In this document: positions 18,770 through 28,549 of the stretch, piece after piece
Position numbering within the stretch: the first letter of the stretch is position 1
Layout of the letters: each line of letters begins with the position of its first letter
From: Patescibacteria group bacterium UBA3466
GTDB taxonomy: Bacteria > Patescibacteriota > Minisyncoccia > Phycocordibacterales > UBA918
DNA: 64,000 nt
Direction of reading: 5' to 3'
NCBI GenBank assembly: GCA_002378195.1
Contig: DFRJ01000002.1
Span: 129,054 to 193,053 of the forward strand
The notes under the pieces: generated by a model
What the model was told of the DNA's origin: nothing
What the model saw: the letters and a program-made list of their open reading frames with translations, nothing else
Databases searched by the model: none
Program-made: the position numbers and the translations under genes

Positions 18770-20016
18770 TTAATTGGCCTAAAAGTCAACTCATTATTCG
18801 AGTCTTGCAGCAGGCAGTACTCGCTATAACCAGCTGCTGCGAGTTCGGTTAGCTGTTGTGTCATATTTTTTCTTTGTTTTTGCACGGACACGATGCTGGT
18901 GTTCTTTCGCTCATTGCGGGCTATTTCAAGAACCTCTGTGTCGGTCATGGTGTCTGCATAGATAACAACTTTTTTAGTTGGTTGTTCATTAAGTGTAGCG
19001 CGCTCTTTTAAGATTGTGATAATTCTCTCAAAGCCGATTGAGAAACCGCAGGCTGGTACTGATTCTCGTAGATATTTACCAATCATATTGTCGTAACGGC
19101 CACCACCGGCAATAGACGACGATAGTTCGTTAGCTGATATTTCAAAAATTGCACCGGTGTAGTAACCCATGCCTCGCACCAAAGTAGGGTCAAAGACAAT
19201 GCTGCAGCCTTCGGGTAGAGTAGCTTTAACCGCTTCAATTATATCGTTCACTTCTGTTAGTACTGGTGTGCATTCAGCTGGGAGCTGGTTTGTATTATTT
19301 AAATAACTTGCTAGTGTCGCAACAGCGTCTTCATTAGAAAAAGTCTTATTTAGTTCAGCAATCACTCCGTCCATTCCAATTTTGTCCAACTTATCGATGA
19401 TGATAAAGACTTGATCATACTGATCTTCACCGAAGCCGCTGGCCGCCGCTAGACTTTGAAGAATACGTCTATCATTTACTCTAATCGTAAAGTCATCAAA
19501 ACCAATATTACCTAAGGCGTCTGCAGTCGCCATGATGAGCTCCTTCTCTGCAATGGTGGACGCTTCACCAATAATATCTATGTCGCATTGGGTAAATTGA
19601 CGATAACGACCTTTTTGTTGTCTTTCAGCTCGAAATACACTACCGGTTTGAATAGACTTAAAAGGAGAGGGGAGCAGGGCTTGGTTGTTGGCGTAATAGC
19701 GAGCCAAAGGCACAGTTAGATCAAAACGTAATCCGCCGTCTGCCAGATCAAAAGCTTGTTCTGCTTGCTGGATATCTTCAGCTGCCAGTCCACGCTTCAT
19801 GACCGGAAAGATTAATTTTTCATTGTCGGCCCCTTCGCCGGTGGTGAGAAGTTCTTTGCGCTCCACCACAGGTGTTTCTACTTCGGAAAAACCATAGCTA
19901 GTGTACACATCAAGAATCTTTGTCATGACCGCTCGGCGCAGCGACACTTCATCCGGAAGCAGGTCTCGCATGCCGCGCATTGGCACAGCTGATACTTTGT
20001 CTTTATTTTCGCTCAT
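18766..20016 (-). CDS. hisS: Histidyl-tRNA synthetase
   Basis: Class II HisRS motifs (motif 2 FRAERQQKGRYRQFTQ; GGGRYD motif 3); anticodon-binding C-terminal region. Confidence 0.9.
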   Translation of the reverse strand: MSENKDKVSAVPMRGMRDLLPDEVSLRRAVMTKILDVYTSYGFSEVETPVVERKELLTTGEGADNEKLIFPVMKRGLAAEDIQQAEQAFDLADGGLRFDLTVPLARYYANNQALLPSPFKSIQTGSVFRAERQQKGRYRQFTQCDIDIIGEASTIAEKELIMATADALGNIGFDDFTIRVNDRRILQSLAAASGFGEDQYDQVFIIIDKLDKIGMDGVIAELNKTFSNEDAVATLASYLNNTNQLPAECTPVLTEVNDIIEAVKATLPEGCSIVFDPTLVRGMGYYTGAIFEISANELSSSIAGGGRYDNMIGKYLRESVPACGFSIGFERIITILKERATLNEQPTKKVVIYADTMTDTEVLEIARNERKNTSIVSVQKQRKNMTQQLTELAAAGYSEYCLLQDSNNELTFRPIN

Positions 20017-20073
20017 ATTTGCACACTATTGTAACACTTATCAGGTTAATGATCATAGCAGAAAGCATCAACC

Positions 20074-20110
20074 TTGTTACGTAGCATGTTACGTAACATG
20101 CTACGTAACA
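20074..20110. repeat. 37-bp repeat (copy 1) containing a perfect 36-bp palindrome TGTTACGTAGCATGTTACGTAACATGCTACGTAACA
   Basis: Read directly: self-complementary over 36 bp. Identical 37-mer at 58692-58728. Made of three 12-bp units TGTTACGTAGCA / TGTTACGTAACA / TGCTACGTAACA. Confidence 0.9.
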
Positions 20111-20130
20111 GCCTCTAAGAAGCGTGCAGT

Positions 20131-20400
20131 CTAGCTAACTAAGGCTGGTACTTTTTCGTTGGTGCGATTGATGCAGATAGTAGATCTTTCAATGTTGCTG
20201 CAGGTGGTTGTGGTAAGTGAAGTTGGAAGGTTGTCCAGTTGCTTTTGGTGCTCAACAGCGGATTGAGGGAAGGCGATACCGAGCTTAACTGAGCCAGTTT
20301 CTTTAGCTACGATACTAACTGTAACCAGAGTTTGCTTCTTGAAGGTTCTGATTTGTACATTGTTCACTTGCATCGTACTAGGGTTGAAGATCACGTGCAA
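20131..20400 (-). CDS. Hypothetical small protein
   Basis: 89-aa ORF between the palindrome and the recombinase remnant; no motif recognised. Confidence 0.35.
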   Translation of the reverse strand: MHVIFNPSTMQVNNVQIRTFKKQTLVTVSIVAKETGSVKLGIAFPQSAVEHQKQLDNLPTSLTTTTCSNIERSTICINRTNEKVPALVS

Positions 20401-20523
20401 CTCCTCACATTGTTTGTTTGATAGTGAGTGCTGCAGTAGGAAATTGATAGTTTCCTCTTTACCATAGTTTAGAGTAGGGGCTTTGAATAAGTTTAGTTTT
20501 GATACGTAAGGGCTGGTAAGTGA

Positions 20524-21675
20524 ATTGTTGTCTGCGAAAAGCGAGAGTCGTACTCAGCTAAAGCGTCTGGCAAGCGACCTGTATTTCAAGAGCTACTCAA
20601 TGAAATAGATTCAGGAAAATATAACGGAATACTCACATGGGCACCTGATAGATTGAGTCGTAATGCTGGTGACCTAGGTTCAGTCGTTGACTTAATGGAT
20701 GCGAAGAAGTTAGTTCATATACAAACCTATGGGCAAACTTTCAGTAACTCACCAAACGAGAAGTTTCTCCTAATGATTTTATGTTCTCAAGCAAAACTAG
20801 AGAACGATAACAAAAGTCAGAATGTACGACGAGGACTCCGAGCTAGGGTTGAAATGGGATTATGGCCGTGCCGACCACCGACTGGCTATACTAAATTCAA
20901 ACGTATGGATCAGAAGTGTGAATCTGTAATTGATCCAGAACGAGCGCCAATCATTAAGCAGATATTTGAGAAGATTGGTTATGATGGCTGGAGTGGTCGC
21001 AAACTCCATATCTGGCTTCGGGATGAATTAGATTTCAAAACTGAGAATGGTAAGCATCTCAGCCTAGGTAATCTTTATCGTATTCTTGAAAACCATTTCT
21101 ACTACGGACGGTTTGAATATCCAAAGAATTCAGGGAAATGGTATGACGGCGCACATGAACCAATCATTACCAAAGAGTTATTCATCATTGTTCAAGAGCA
21201 GATTAAGAGTCAAATACTTGAACCACGTTCACAACAAAAAGAATTTGCGTTTACCAAAGTAATGACGTGCGGACTCTGTGGATCAGGAATCACTGCTGAC
21301 GAGAAATTCAAGAAACAAAAGAATGGCAACGTCCACCGCTATGTCTATTACAAATGCACTCGCACTAAAGATCCTAATTGTGACTGTGGCTTCATCAATG
21401 AAAACGACCTCATATCACAACTACAAAACCTGATTGATGATATTGACATCAAAGTAGTGCCGATGAGAGACAAGATTACTTCTGAGGTTAAAAGATATAA
21501 ACAATTTCAGCACATGTTACTGGGAAAAGAAGAAAAGATTGCTGTTAGTAATATTGATATTAGGAATTATGCGAAGTTCATTTTACAAGAGGGCGATATA
21601 GAAGAAAAAAGAGAGTTTCTACGGTGCTTAAAAAGTGCAGTTGTGCTGAATAAAAAAGAAGTCTCACTCGTCTAG
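20524..21675 (+). pseudogene. Large serine recombinase, 5'-truncated (N-terminal catalytic Ser region missing)
   Basis: In-frame translation from 20524 gives ...YSAKASGKRPVFQELLNEIDSGKYNGILTWAPDRLSRNAGDLGSVV..., i.e. the resolvase catalytic-domain C-terminal half, then recombinase domain and zinc ribbon (CGLCGS...YYKCTRTKDPNCDC). In-frame stop at 20521 and no YxRVST nucleophile segment in any upstream frame. The ORF track only starts at TTG 20653. Confidence 0.6.
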
Positions 21676-21805
21676 TCCATAGGCCATCATTTGCTTTTTT
21701 TGGACTAAAGTGTTTCACTATTTGAGTATACGTTGCTCCAATACTTTTTGCCTCACACATTTTCTCCGAGGTACTTACAATTTAACTAATTAAATAAATA
21801 TATAT

Positions 21806-22624
21806 ATGATCGAATGGTTTTTAGCCTTGGGTCCTGTGACTCAAGCGCTCTTAGCAGGTTGTTTTACTTGGCTCGTTACTGCACTCGGTGCATCAGGAGT
21901 AATCTTCTTTAAAGAAATTAACAAAAAAGTTTTAAACGGAATGCTAGCCTTTGCGGCTGGTGTGATGATTGCGGCCAGTTTTTGGTCGTTACTCTCTCCG
22001 GCAATTGAATTATCAGAAGGCGGTCCACTGCCAAAATGGTTACCACCTTTAATAGGATTCTTACTCGGTGCTGCAACTTTGTGGGTAATGGACAAAGTAA
22101 TACCTCACTTACATCTCGGTGCACCTATGTCAGAAGTTGAAGGGGTGAAAACATCTTGGCATCGAAGTTTGCTTCTGGTTTCATCAATTACACTTCATAA
22201 CATCCCTGAAGGATTGGCTATTGGTGTTGCTTTTGGAGCGGCAGCGGCAGGTATTGAAGGAGCAACAGTTGCAGCAGCGATTGCTCTAGCAGTTGGTATT
22301 GGTATACAGAATTTCCCAGAAGGTGCAGCAGTTTCCGTTCCACTGAGACGAGAAGGGTTTACTCGCTTGAAAGCGTTTTGGTATGGTCAATTTTCAGGAA
22401 TGGTTGAACCAATCTCAGCGGTGTTAGGAGCTGCGTTGGTGATAACGTTCTCACCCGTTTTGCCGTATGCACTCGCTTTTGCTGCTGGAGCTATGATGTT
22501 TGTAGTTGTGGAAGAATTGATTCCTGAAGCCCAGCGCGGTGGTCCAGGTATGGCAGACTTCGCAACAGTTGGAGCGATGATTGGTTTTGCTGTAATGATG
22601 TCATTAGACGTAGGATTAGGTTAA
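21806..22624 (+). CDS. zupT: ZIP-family zinc transporter (ZupT-like)
   Basis: 8-TM ZIP topology with [10 protein letters not shown] and [10 protein letters not shown] metal-binding motifs. Confidence 0.8.
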   Translation: MIEWFLALGPVTQALLAGCFTWLVTALGASGVIFFKEINKKVLNGMLAFAAGVMIAASFWSLLSPAIELSEGGPLPKWLPPLIGFLLGAATLWVMDKVIPHLHLGAPMSEVEGVKTSWHRSLLLVSSITLHNIPEGLAIGVAFGAAAAGIEGATVAAAIALAVGIGIQNFPEGAAVSVPLRREGFTRLKAFWYGQFSGMVEPISAVLGAALVITFSPVLPYALAFAAGAMMFVVVEELIPEAQRGGPGMADFATVGAMIGFAVMMSLDVGLG

Positions 22625-22629
22625 AAAAT

Positions 22630-23535
22630 ATGTCACACAACCATCATCACGGACGTGGACACCATCATCACCACGTAGGTAGAGGTGGCAATATTTTGTT
22701 TGCTGCCATCCTAAACCTTTCTTTCACCATCATTGAAATCATTGGTGGTATTTTGACCAATAGCGTTGCTATCCTTTCTGACGCACTTCATGACTTAGGT
22801 GACAGTATTGCTTTGTTTACTGCCTATATTGCTGAGAAACAATCCGAACGCTCACCAGATAAAAAACGCACCTTCGGGTATGCTCGCATTTCAGTTTTCT
22901 CAGCCCTCTTTAGTGCCGTGATTCTGATTGTTGGTTCAATCTTTATTTTGACGGAGGCTATTCAGAGATTATTCAGTCCGGAACCAGTTCACGCTACTGG
23001 AATGATTCTATTAGCAATCTTTGGAGTAGGGGTAAACCTTGTGGCGTTCTTTAGATTAAGCAAAGGAATGAGTGCCAATGAAAAAGTGCTGTCATGGCAC
23101 TTACTTGAAGACGTGATTGGCTGGGCAGCTGTACTGGTTGGAGCCATCATCATCTACTTCACAGATTTCTATCTCATTGACCCAATCCTAACCGTTGGCT
23201 ACACCCTGTTCATTCTTTGGGGTGTTTATGGGGGTCTCAAAAATGTCATCAATATCTTCATGCAGGGGACACCGGCCTCGGTTGATATAGAAAAAATCAA
23301 AGAGGCGATTCTAGAAGTTTATGAAGTTCAATCAGTTCACGATATTCACGTGTGGTCGCTAGATGGTGAGCACAATGTTTTGACCTGTCACGTAGTACTT
23401 GATAATGGCACTATAGCTGAAACGAAGAGGATCAAGGAGAGTATAGAAGATAAAATGAAATCATTCCACGTCAACCACACAACAATTGAGTGTGAGATTG
23501 AAGGAGAGTGTGTTGGAAAAGACTGTAGTCACTAG
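22630..23535 (+). CDS. czcD: Cation diffusion facilitator Zn/Co/Cd efflux protein with His-rich N-terminus
   Basis: MSHNHHHGRGHHHHH tail; 6 TM with HxxxD motifs (LSDALHDLGD); C-terminal cytoplasmic domain. Confidence 0.85.
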   Translation: MSHNHHHGRGHHHHHVGRGGNILFAAILNLSFTIIEIIGGILTNSVAILSDALHDLGDSIALFTAYIAEKQSERSPDKKRTFGYARISVFSALFSAVILIVGSIFILTEAIQRLFSPEPVHATGMILLAIFGVGVNLVAFFRLSKGMSANEKVLSWHLLEDVIGWAAVLVGAIIIYFTDFYLIDPILTVGYTLFILWGVYGGLKNVINIFMQGTPASVDIEKIKEAILEVYEVQSVHDIHVWSLDGEHNVLTCHVVLDNGTIAETKRIKESIEDKMKSFHVNHTTIECEIEGECVGKDCSH

Positions 23536-23598
23536 TTTGTTGGAATGTAGACATATCGTTTAATCTTATGTATTTATCTGATAAAATGGTCAGGATAT

Positions 23599-24003
23599 AT
23601 GCGGAAATTACTTAGTGCTAATTCGATACGTAGAATACTAATTTTCTTCGGAATTGGTTTTTTCTTGTTGGCAGTGACCCTGTGCGCGCACTTTGCCAAC
23701 CCTACTGATCACGCTAGTGATACCAGTGCTGTTACGTGTGATTTGTCGGAAATAATCTCATCAGTTTCTGTATCAAATAAAAGCATGGGACTATTGTTCC
23801 TGTTAACGCTTTTAACACTAGCGTCCCTTGCTTTACCTACCATTTCTTCATACCCAAAAGCAGAGGTATGTTTGAAGTCACTACATCTACAAACCTATTC
23901 AATTACAAATGAATCTTGGTACAAAGTTTTAGATCCTTTTTTACTTGCGCTCCGTAAAGGAATCATACATCCTAAGCTATACAATACAGCGATAATTAGC
24001 TAA
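23599..24003 (+). CDS. Hypothetical membrane protein
   Basis: Two hydrophobic segments; no motif. Confidence 0.3.
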   Translation: MRKLLSANSIRRILIFFGIGFFLLAVTLCAHFANPTDHASDTSAVTCDLSEIISSVSVSNKSMGLLFLLTLLTLASLALPTISSYPKAEVCLKSLHLQTYSITNESWYKVLDPFLLALRKGIIHPKLYNTAIIS

Positions 24004-24105
24004 CGATTCACGGCTGCTGATAAGTCAGCTTTTCGTGATATATGTTGGCTTTTTTGCTATTCATTTATTTGCTCTAGAACGTTAAACACAAAACCTATTA
24101 ATTTT

Positions 24106-24864
24106 ATGGAAGAAACTATTACACAGAAACCCACCAACCCGTACCTGATACCCTTGGCTATCGTTGTTGCTGGCGGGTTGATTGCAGGAGCGTTGTATTT
24201 CGGCACAAGTGGAAACGCGGTAGCTCCAGTAGCGGTAAACAATAATGCTGAACAACCAGCCCAACCAACACCACAGCCAACTGGTTCAACCGATGCTGTT
24301 AAACCAGTTACAAGTGAAGATCATATTAAGGGAAATCCCAATGCGCCAATAAAAATTGTTGAATACTCAGATTTTGAATGCCCATTCTGTAAGCGGTTCC
24401 ACGACACGATGAATGAAGTCATGGATAAATACGGTGAGAGTGGCGAAGTCGCTTGGGTATTTAGACAATTCCCATTAGAGCAGTTACATCCAGTAAAAGC
24501 TCAGCGAGCAGCGGTTGCATCAGAGTGTGCAGCAGAATTGGGAGGAAACGATGCGTTCTGGTCGTTTACTGACGGATACTTCGTAGACCCCTCAACTGGA
24601 AACAACCGGACTAATCAAGACGTGTTAATTCCTGAATTAGCAGCTGCAGCTGGCCTGGACAGTAATCAGTTTAATGAATGTCTTGAAAGCAGTAAGTACG
24701 ACGATCATATCGCGGCTGATATCGCCAATGCGGTCGAAACTGGCGGGCGCGGAACTCCGTGGAGTGTCATGATTGGTCCTGATGGTGCAACGTACCCAAT
24801 TAACGGTGCGCAACCCCTAGCGGCAGTTGAGCAACTCATCTCAATTGCGAAAGACGGTCAGTAA
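24106..24864 (+). CDS. DsbA/BdbD-like thiol:disulfide oxidoreductase, membrane-anchored
   Basis: N-terminal TM; thioredoxin fold with CPFC active site (DFECPFCKRFHD). Confidence 0.75.
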   Translation: MEETITQKPTNPYLIPLAIVVAGGLIAGALYFGTSGNAVAPVAVNNNAEQPAQPTPQPTGSTDAVKPVTSEDHIKGNPNAPIKIVEYSDFECPFCKRFHDTMNEVMDKYGESGEVAWVFRQFPLEQLHPVKAQRAAVASECAAELGGNDAFWSFTDGYFVDPSTGNNRTNQDVLIPELAAAAGLDSNQFNECLESSKYDDHIAADIANAVETGGRGTPWSVMIGPDGATYPINGAQPLAAVEQLISIAKDGQ

Positions 24865-24869
24865 CTATC

Positions 24870-25418
24870 ATGTACCTCAAGACGTTTAAGCAAGTTCTGG
24901 CAAAATCCGTCTATGCGGGACTGTTTCTAGCGGTGAGTTTTTTTGTGCTGTCGATTGCCATCTTGTTGCCACACATCGGACTGTTAAAAACCTTATGGCA
25001 GTACGAATCAGTGTCGTTACTCGAAATCGGGTTGATGACTGTGAATCTCTACGGTTCACTAGGAACAAATTTTTCGTTTCTGTCAGCAACATACACGATA
25101 CTCATTGCCGTATTATTTGGTCTACAAGTAACTCTTCTCACCTATTACGTCAGGAGTATACGGAGCAAAATAACCAATCTCACCAGCGTAGGTGCTAGTA
25201 GTATCGGCGGCCTCGTTAGTGGATTTTTCGGCATTGGTTGTGCCGCTTGTGGAACTTTCTTACTGTCTTCAATTCTTGTTTTGTTTGGTGCAGGTGGCTT
25301 ACTCGCTTGGCTACCCTTTGGTGGAGAAGAGTTCGGTTTGCTTGGTGTGGGGCTGCTCTTGTATGCCAATCACATCGTCGTAAAGAAAATAAATGCACCA
25401 CTAGTGTGTGCATCGTAA
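24870..25418 (+). CDS. Polytopic membrane protein with intramembrane CxxC (GIGCAACGTF)
   Basis: 4-5 TM helices; CAAC within a helix; directly downstream of the DsbA-like gene, so possibly its redox partner. Confidence 0.4.
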   Translation: MYLKTFKQVLAKSVYAGLFLAVSFFVLSIAILLPHIGLLKTLWQYESVSLLEIGLMTVNLYGSLGTNFSFLSATYTILIAVLFGLQVTLLTYYVRSIRSKITNLTSVGASSIGGLVSGFFGIGCAACGTFLLSSILVLFGAGGLLAWLPFGGEEFGLLGVGLLLYANHIVVKKINAPLVCAS

Positions 25419-25445
25419 TCAAAATTTATTCTTAAGTAATTAAAC

Positions 25446-25979
25446 ATGAAACCATTAATAATTATTGTTGGTCTATCAGTACTCCTTCTCGTAGGTGGTT
25501 CGTGGTGGTCAAACAACGCACAACAGAAAGTATACGAACAAGAAATTGTCGGTATTACATCTACTATTGTGACAGATCGTAGCCATGTACAGACTGAAGT
25601 AGACTACAAAGACACTCCTCCGGTTGGTGGGAATCATCATCCTGTCTGGTTGAGCTGTAATGGCGACATCTACGATGAGCCAGTGGTAGATGAAAATGCG
25701 GTTCATTCACTTGAGCATGGTGCCGTCTGGATTACCTATCAGCCAGAACTTGCTGCCGAACAAATTGAAATTCTCAAAGGTAAAGTGAAAGGATACTCTT
25801 TCATGAGTCCGTACCCAGAACAAGAGTCACCAATTATGCTCACAGCGTGGGGTGTACAACTTCCACTTGATGCAGCTGATGATCCTCGGATAGATCAGTT
25901 TCTAGCAAAATTCCGCCAAGGACCACAAACGCCTGAGCCGGGTGCAACCTGTAATGCCATTCCGGGAGGAATGCAGTAA
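25446..25979 (+). CDS. DUF3105-family secreted/anchored protein
   Basis: N-terminal anchor; GGNHHPVW...HSLEHGAVWITYQP pattern typical of DUF3105. Confidence 0.55.
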   Translation: MKPLIIIVGLSVLLLVGGSWWSNNAQQKVYEQEIVGITSTIVTDRSHVQTEVDYKDTPPVGGNHHPVWLSCNGDIYDEPVVDENAVHSLEHGAVWITYQPELAAEQIEILKGKVKGYSFMSPYPEQESPIMLTAWGVQLPLDAADDPRIDQFLAKFRQGPQTPEPGATCNAIPGGMQ

Positions 25980-25987
25980 ACTGAACT

Positions 25988-26611
25988 ATGAATTATCAAG
26001 CTATTAAAAGACAGTTGCCAGCCCTCCTTATCGGGATTGTTGTTGGTGTTGGAATGTTCTTGCTCGGTCAGAATTCTATTCCACTCGATAAACCAAATGA
26101 GGCAGAGATTGGTTTTGCACAGGACATGAGTGTTCACCATCAACAAGCAATCGAAATGTCATTTCTTGTTCGAGAAAAAACCGATGATCAAGAGATTCGC
26201 GGTTTTGCCTTTGACATCATTAACACCCAAGCCAACCAGCGTGGCATGATGCTTGGTTGGCTGGATTTGTGGCAACAGCCACTCTCAACCACTAAAACGC
26301 CAATGATGTGGATGATGGATGATATGTCTTCTATGGATCACAGTCAGATGACAAAAGACTTTACCTCTGGAGCATACATGCCCGGCATGGCAACCAGTGA
26401 CGAAATGCAGACACTTGTTGAAGCGAGCGGAACAGACGCTGAGCAGTTATTTCTCGAGCTGATGATTCGCCATCATAAAGGCGGTGTCATGATGGCAGAC
26501 GGGGTTATAAAGCGCAGTGAGAATGAAACAGTCACTCGCTTGGCGCAAACCATGGTCAACGGTCAACAGGCAGAGATTGATTACATGAATGAGTTATTAA
26601 CAAACTACTAA
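25988..26611 (+). CDS. DUF305-family metal-binding protein
   Basis: Two His-rich helical repeats (MSVHHQQAIEMS; MIRHHKGGVMMA). Confidence 0.6.
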   Translation: MNYQAIKRQLPALLIGIVVGVGMFLLGQNSIPLDKPNEAEIGFAQDMSVHHQQAIEMSFLVREKTDDQEIRGFAFDIINTQANQRGMMLGWLDLWQQPLSTTKTPMMWMMDDMSSMDHSQMTKDFTSGAYMPGMATSDEMQTLVEASGTDAEQLFLELMIRHHKGGVMMADGVIKRSENETVTRLAQTMVNGQQAEIDYMNELLTNY

Positions 26612-26620
26612 AGAAATAAT

Positions 26621-27280
26621 ATGGAAGAAACACAAATAAGCGAAGATCCTGTTAAACATAACGAGATAGAAACTCCTGCTACAGCAGTAAAGATTCAACA
26701 AAAACCACTGCTAATGTACGGTGCAGTTGTTTTAGTTGTCGTCTTGATACTAGGTGCACTTTTATACTCGCAAGGAATTATTGTGGCAGCCAAAGTAAAT
26801 GGCGAGTCCATTAGTCGTCTTAGCGTTCTTAGTGAATTAGAAGATCAAGCTGGAGCAGCGGTACTTGATTCTCTTATCTCAGATATCCTGATTGAACAAG
26901 CTGCGACTGAAGCGGGTGTTACTGTAACTGATGCTGATGTGGTAACAGAGATAGCGGCCATCGAATCACAAATTTCTGGACAGGGTGGAACTCTCGAGGA
27001 TGTGTTGGCGCAACAGGGATTAACCCGAGAAAGTCTCACGAAGCAAATCAGAACACAAAAGATGTTAGAGACGTTATTGGCCTCAGACATTACGGTCACT
27101 GAGGAAGAAGTTAACGCGTTTATTGAAGCCAATGGACCCTTACCAGAAGGGCAAGAAGAAGCACTGCGTCCGCAGATAGAAGAACAAATCAAAAGTCAGA
27201 AATTTAGCACTGCTGCACAAAGCTACATTACCGGTTTACGCACACAGGCAAACATTCAGTACTTCGTAGACTATGAATAG
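26621..27280 (+). CDS. SurA N-terminal-domain-like periplasmic chaperone-type protein
   Basis: N-terminal TM then helical domain resembling the SurA/PpiD N-domain; no PPIase catalytic domain. Confidence 0.35.
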   Translation: MEETQISEDPVKHNEIETPATAVKIQQKPLLMYGAVVLVVVLILGALLYSQGIIVAAKVNGESISRLSVLSELEDQAGAAVLDSLISDILIEQAATEAGVTVTDADVVTEIAAIESQISGQGGTLEDVLAQQGLTRESLTKQIRTQKMLETLLASDITVTEEEVNAFIEANGPLPEGQEEALRPQIEEQIKSQKFSTAAQSYITGLRTQANIQYFVDYE

Positions 27281-28535
27281 TATGAAATATATTTTATTTA
27301 GCTTACTGGTGTTTTCTTTGCTCGGCGGCTTGTTTGCAACCATACACAACTCAGAAGTAACCACTGTTACCTATAAACGTGATACTCCTAGTGCCACGAC
27401 AGAAGTGGTCACCCAAATAGCTGAACCAGAAGAAGCAGTTGAGGAACCAGTTGTATCGACCTCAAACCAAGTAAAAGAAATTGAAATTCAGCCTGGCGAT
27501 ACCTTCTCTACCATTATGGAAGAAGTAGCTGTTACCGCTGAAGATCAGAGTTCAATTCTCGCTGCTGTTCAAGATGTCTATGACTTCACCAAACTGCAAG
27601 CTGGCAAACTGATACACGTTGTCTTTGCACAGGACGCATTAGCATCGGTTGACTATGACTTGAATGACGACAAGAAGATTGTAATTGAAAATGTTGACGG
27701 TGAATTTGTAGCCAAAGAAGAAGCGATTGAGTATGACGTTACTGAAGTGGTACGCAGTGCCACAATTGAGTCTTCGTTATTCTACGACGGTGCAAGTGCT
27801 GGCTTGTCCGACAAGACTCTGGTTGAACTAGCCGAAATCTTTCAGTGGGACATAGACTTCAGTACTGACATCCAGATTGACGACTCGTTTGTTGTTTTGT
27901 ATGAAGAGCGAAAAACAAAAGATGGTGAAGAAGCCAGTGCCGGAAAAATTCTCGCTGCTCAGTTCACTAATCAAGGCGAGACGTACGAGGCGTACTACTT
28001 TGAAACATCAACTAGTACAGGTGGTTACTACGCTGCCAACGGTGAGAGTGTTGAACGCCAGTTCTTAAGCTCACCAATTGGAGTTGGGTACGTGAGTTCA
28101 GGTTTCAGTTATAGCCGACTGAATCCAATTACCAAACGTGTGACACCACACCGAGCTATCGACTACGCTGCTCCACACGGTACGCCAATCGTGGCTATTG
28201 CGGACGGCGAAGTTACTTTGTCAGGAAACAGAGGTCCACTTGGTATTGCCATTGATATCGAACACGGACAGTACATGAGCCAGTACGCTCACATGTCTAG
28301 TATCGACTCTGCGGTGAAGAAAAATCCTGAAGTGAAACAAGGACAGGTTATCGGATACGTTGGTTCAACTGGTCAATCAACTGGTCCTCACTTGCACTAC
28401 ACACTCTTTAAAGATGGAAACCCTATCAATCCAGCTGACATTGATATGCCAGTCGGTGAATTACTCACCGAAACAGAGCTTGATGACTTTCAGGTCGTTG
28501 CTGACGGCTATAAGATTCAATTGGGTGTAAATTAA
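27273..28535 (+). CDS. M23-family peptidoglycan endopeptidase
   Basis: C-terminal LytM domain motifs (HRAIDYAAPHGTPI; GSTGQSTGPHLHYTLF); N-terminal anchor. Confidence 0.75.
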   Translation: MNSMKYILFSLLVFSLLGGLFATIHNSEVTTVTYKRDTPSATTEVVTQIAEPEEAVEEPVVSTSNQVKEIEIQPGDTFSTIMEEVAVTAEDQSSILAAVQDVYDFTKLQAGKLIHVVFAQDALASVDYDLNDDKKIVIENVDGEFVAKEEAIEYDVTEVVRSATIESSLFYDGASAGLSDKTLVELAEIFQWDIDFSTDIQIDDSFVVLYEERKTKDGEEASAGKILAAQFTNQGETYEAYYFETSTSTGGYYAANGESVERQFLSSPIGVGYVSSGFSYSRLNPITKRVTPHRAIDYAAPHGTPIVAIADGEVTLSGNRGPLGIAIDIEHGQYMSQYAHMSSIDSAVKKNPEVKQGQVIGYVGSTGQSTGPHLHYTLFKDGNPINPADIDMPVGELLTETELDDFQVVADGYKIQLGVN

Positions 28536-28549
28536 TCTAATTTATTAGT

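Noticed and set aside
20075-20110. 36-bp palindrome as a Rho-independent terminator
   Set aside because: AT-rich stem, no downstream T-tract in either copy. Copy 1 is upstream of hisS, not downstream of a gene.
20075-20110. Palindrome as a dif (XerCD) site
   Set aside because: No resemblance to the 28-bp dif architecture (imperfect arms around a 6-bp spacer); a perfect 36-bp palindrome is atypical.
20653-21675. Track ORF with TTG start as an intact serine recombinase
   Set aside because: Homology continues upstream of the TTG to the stop at 20521 and the catalytic N-terminus is absent. Called a truncated pseudogene instead.
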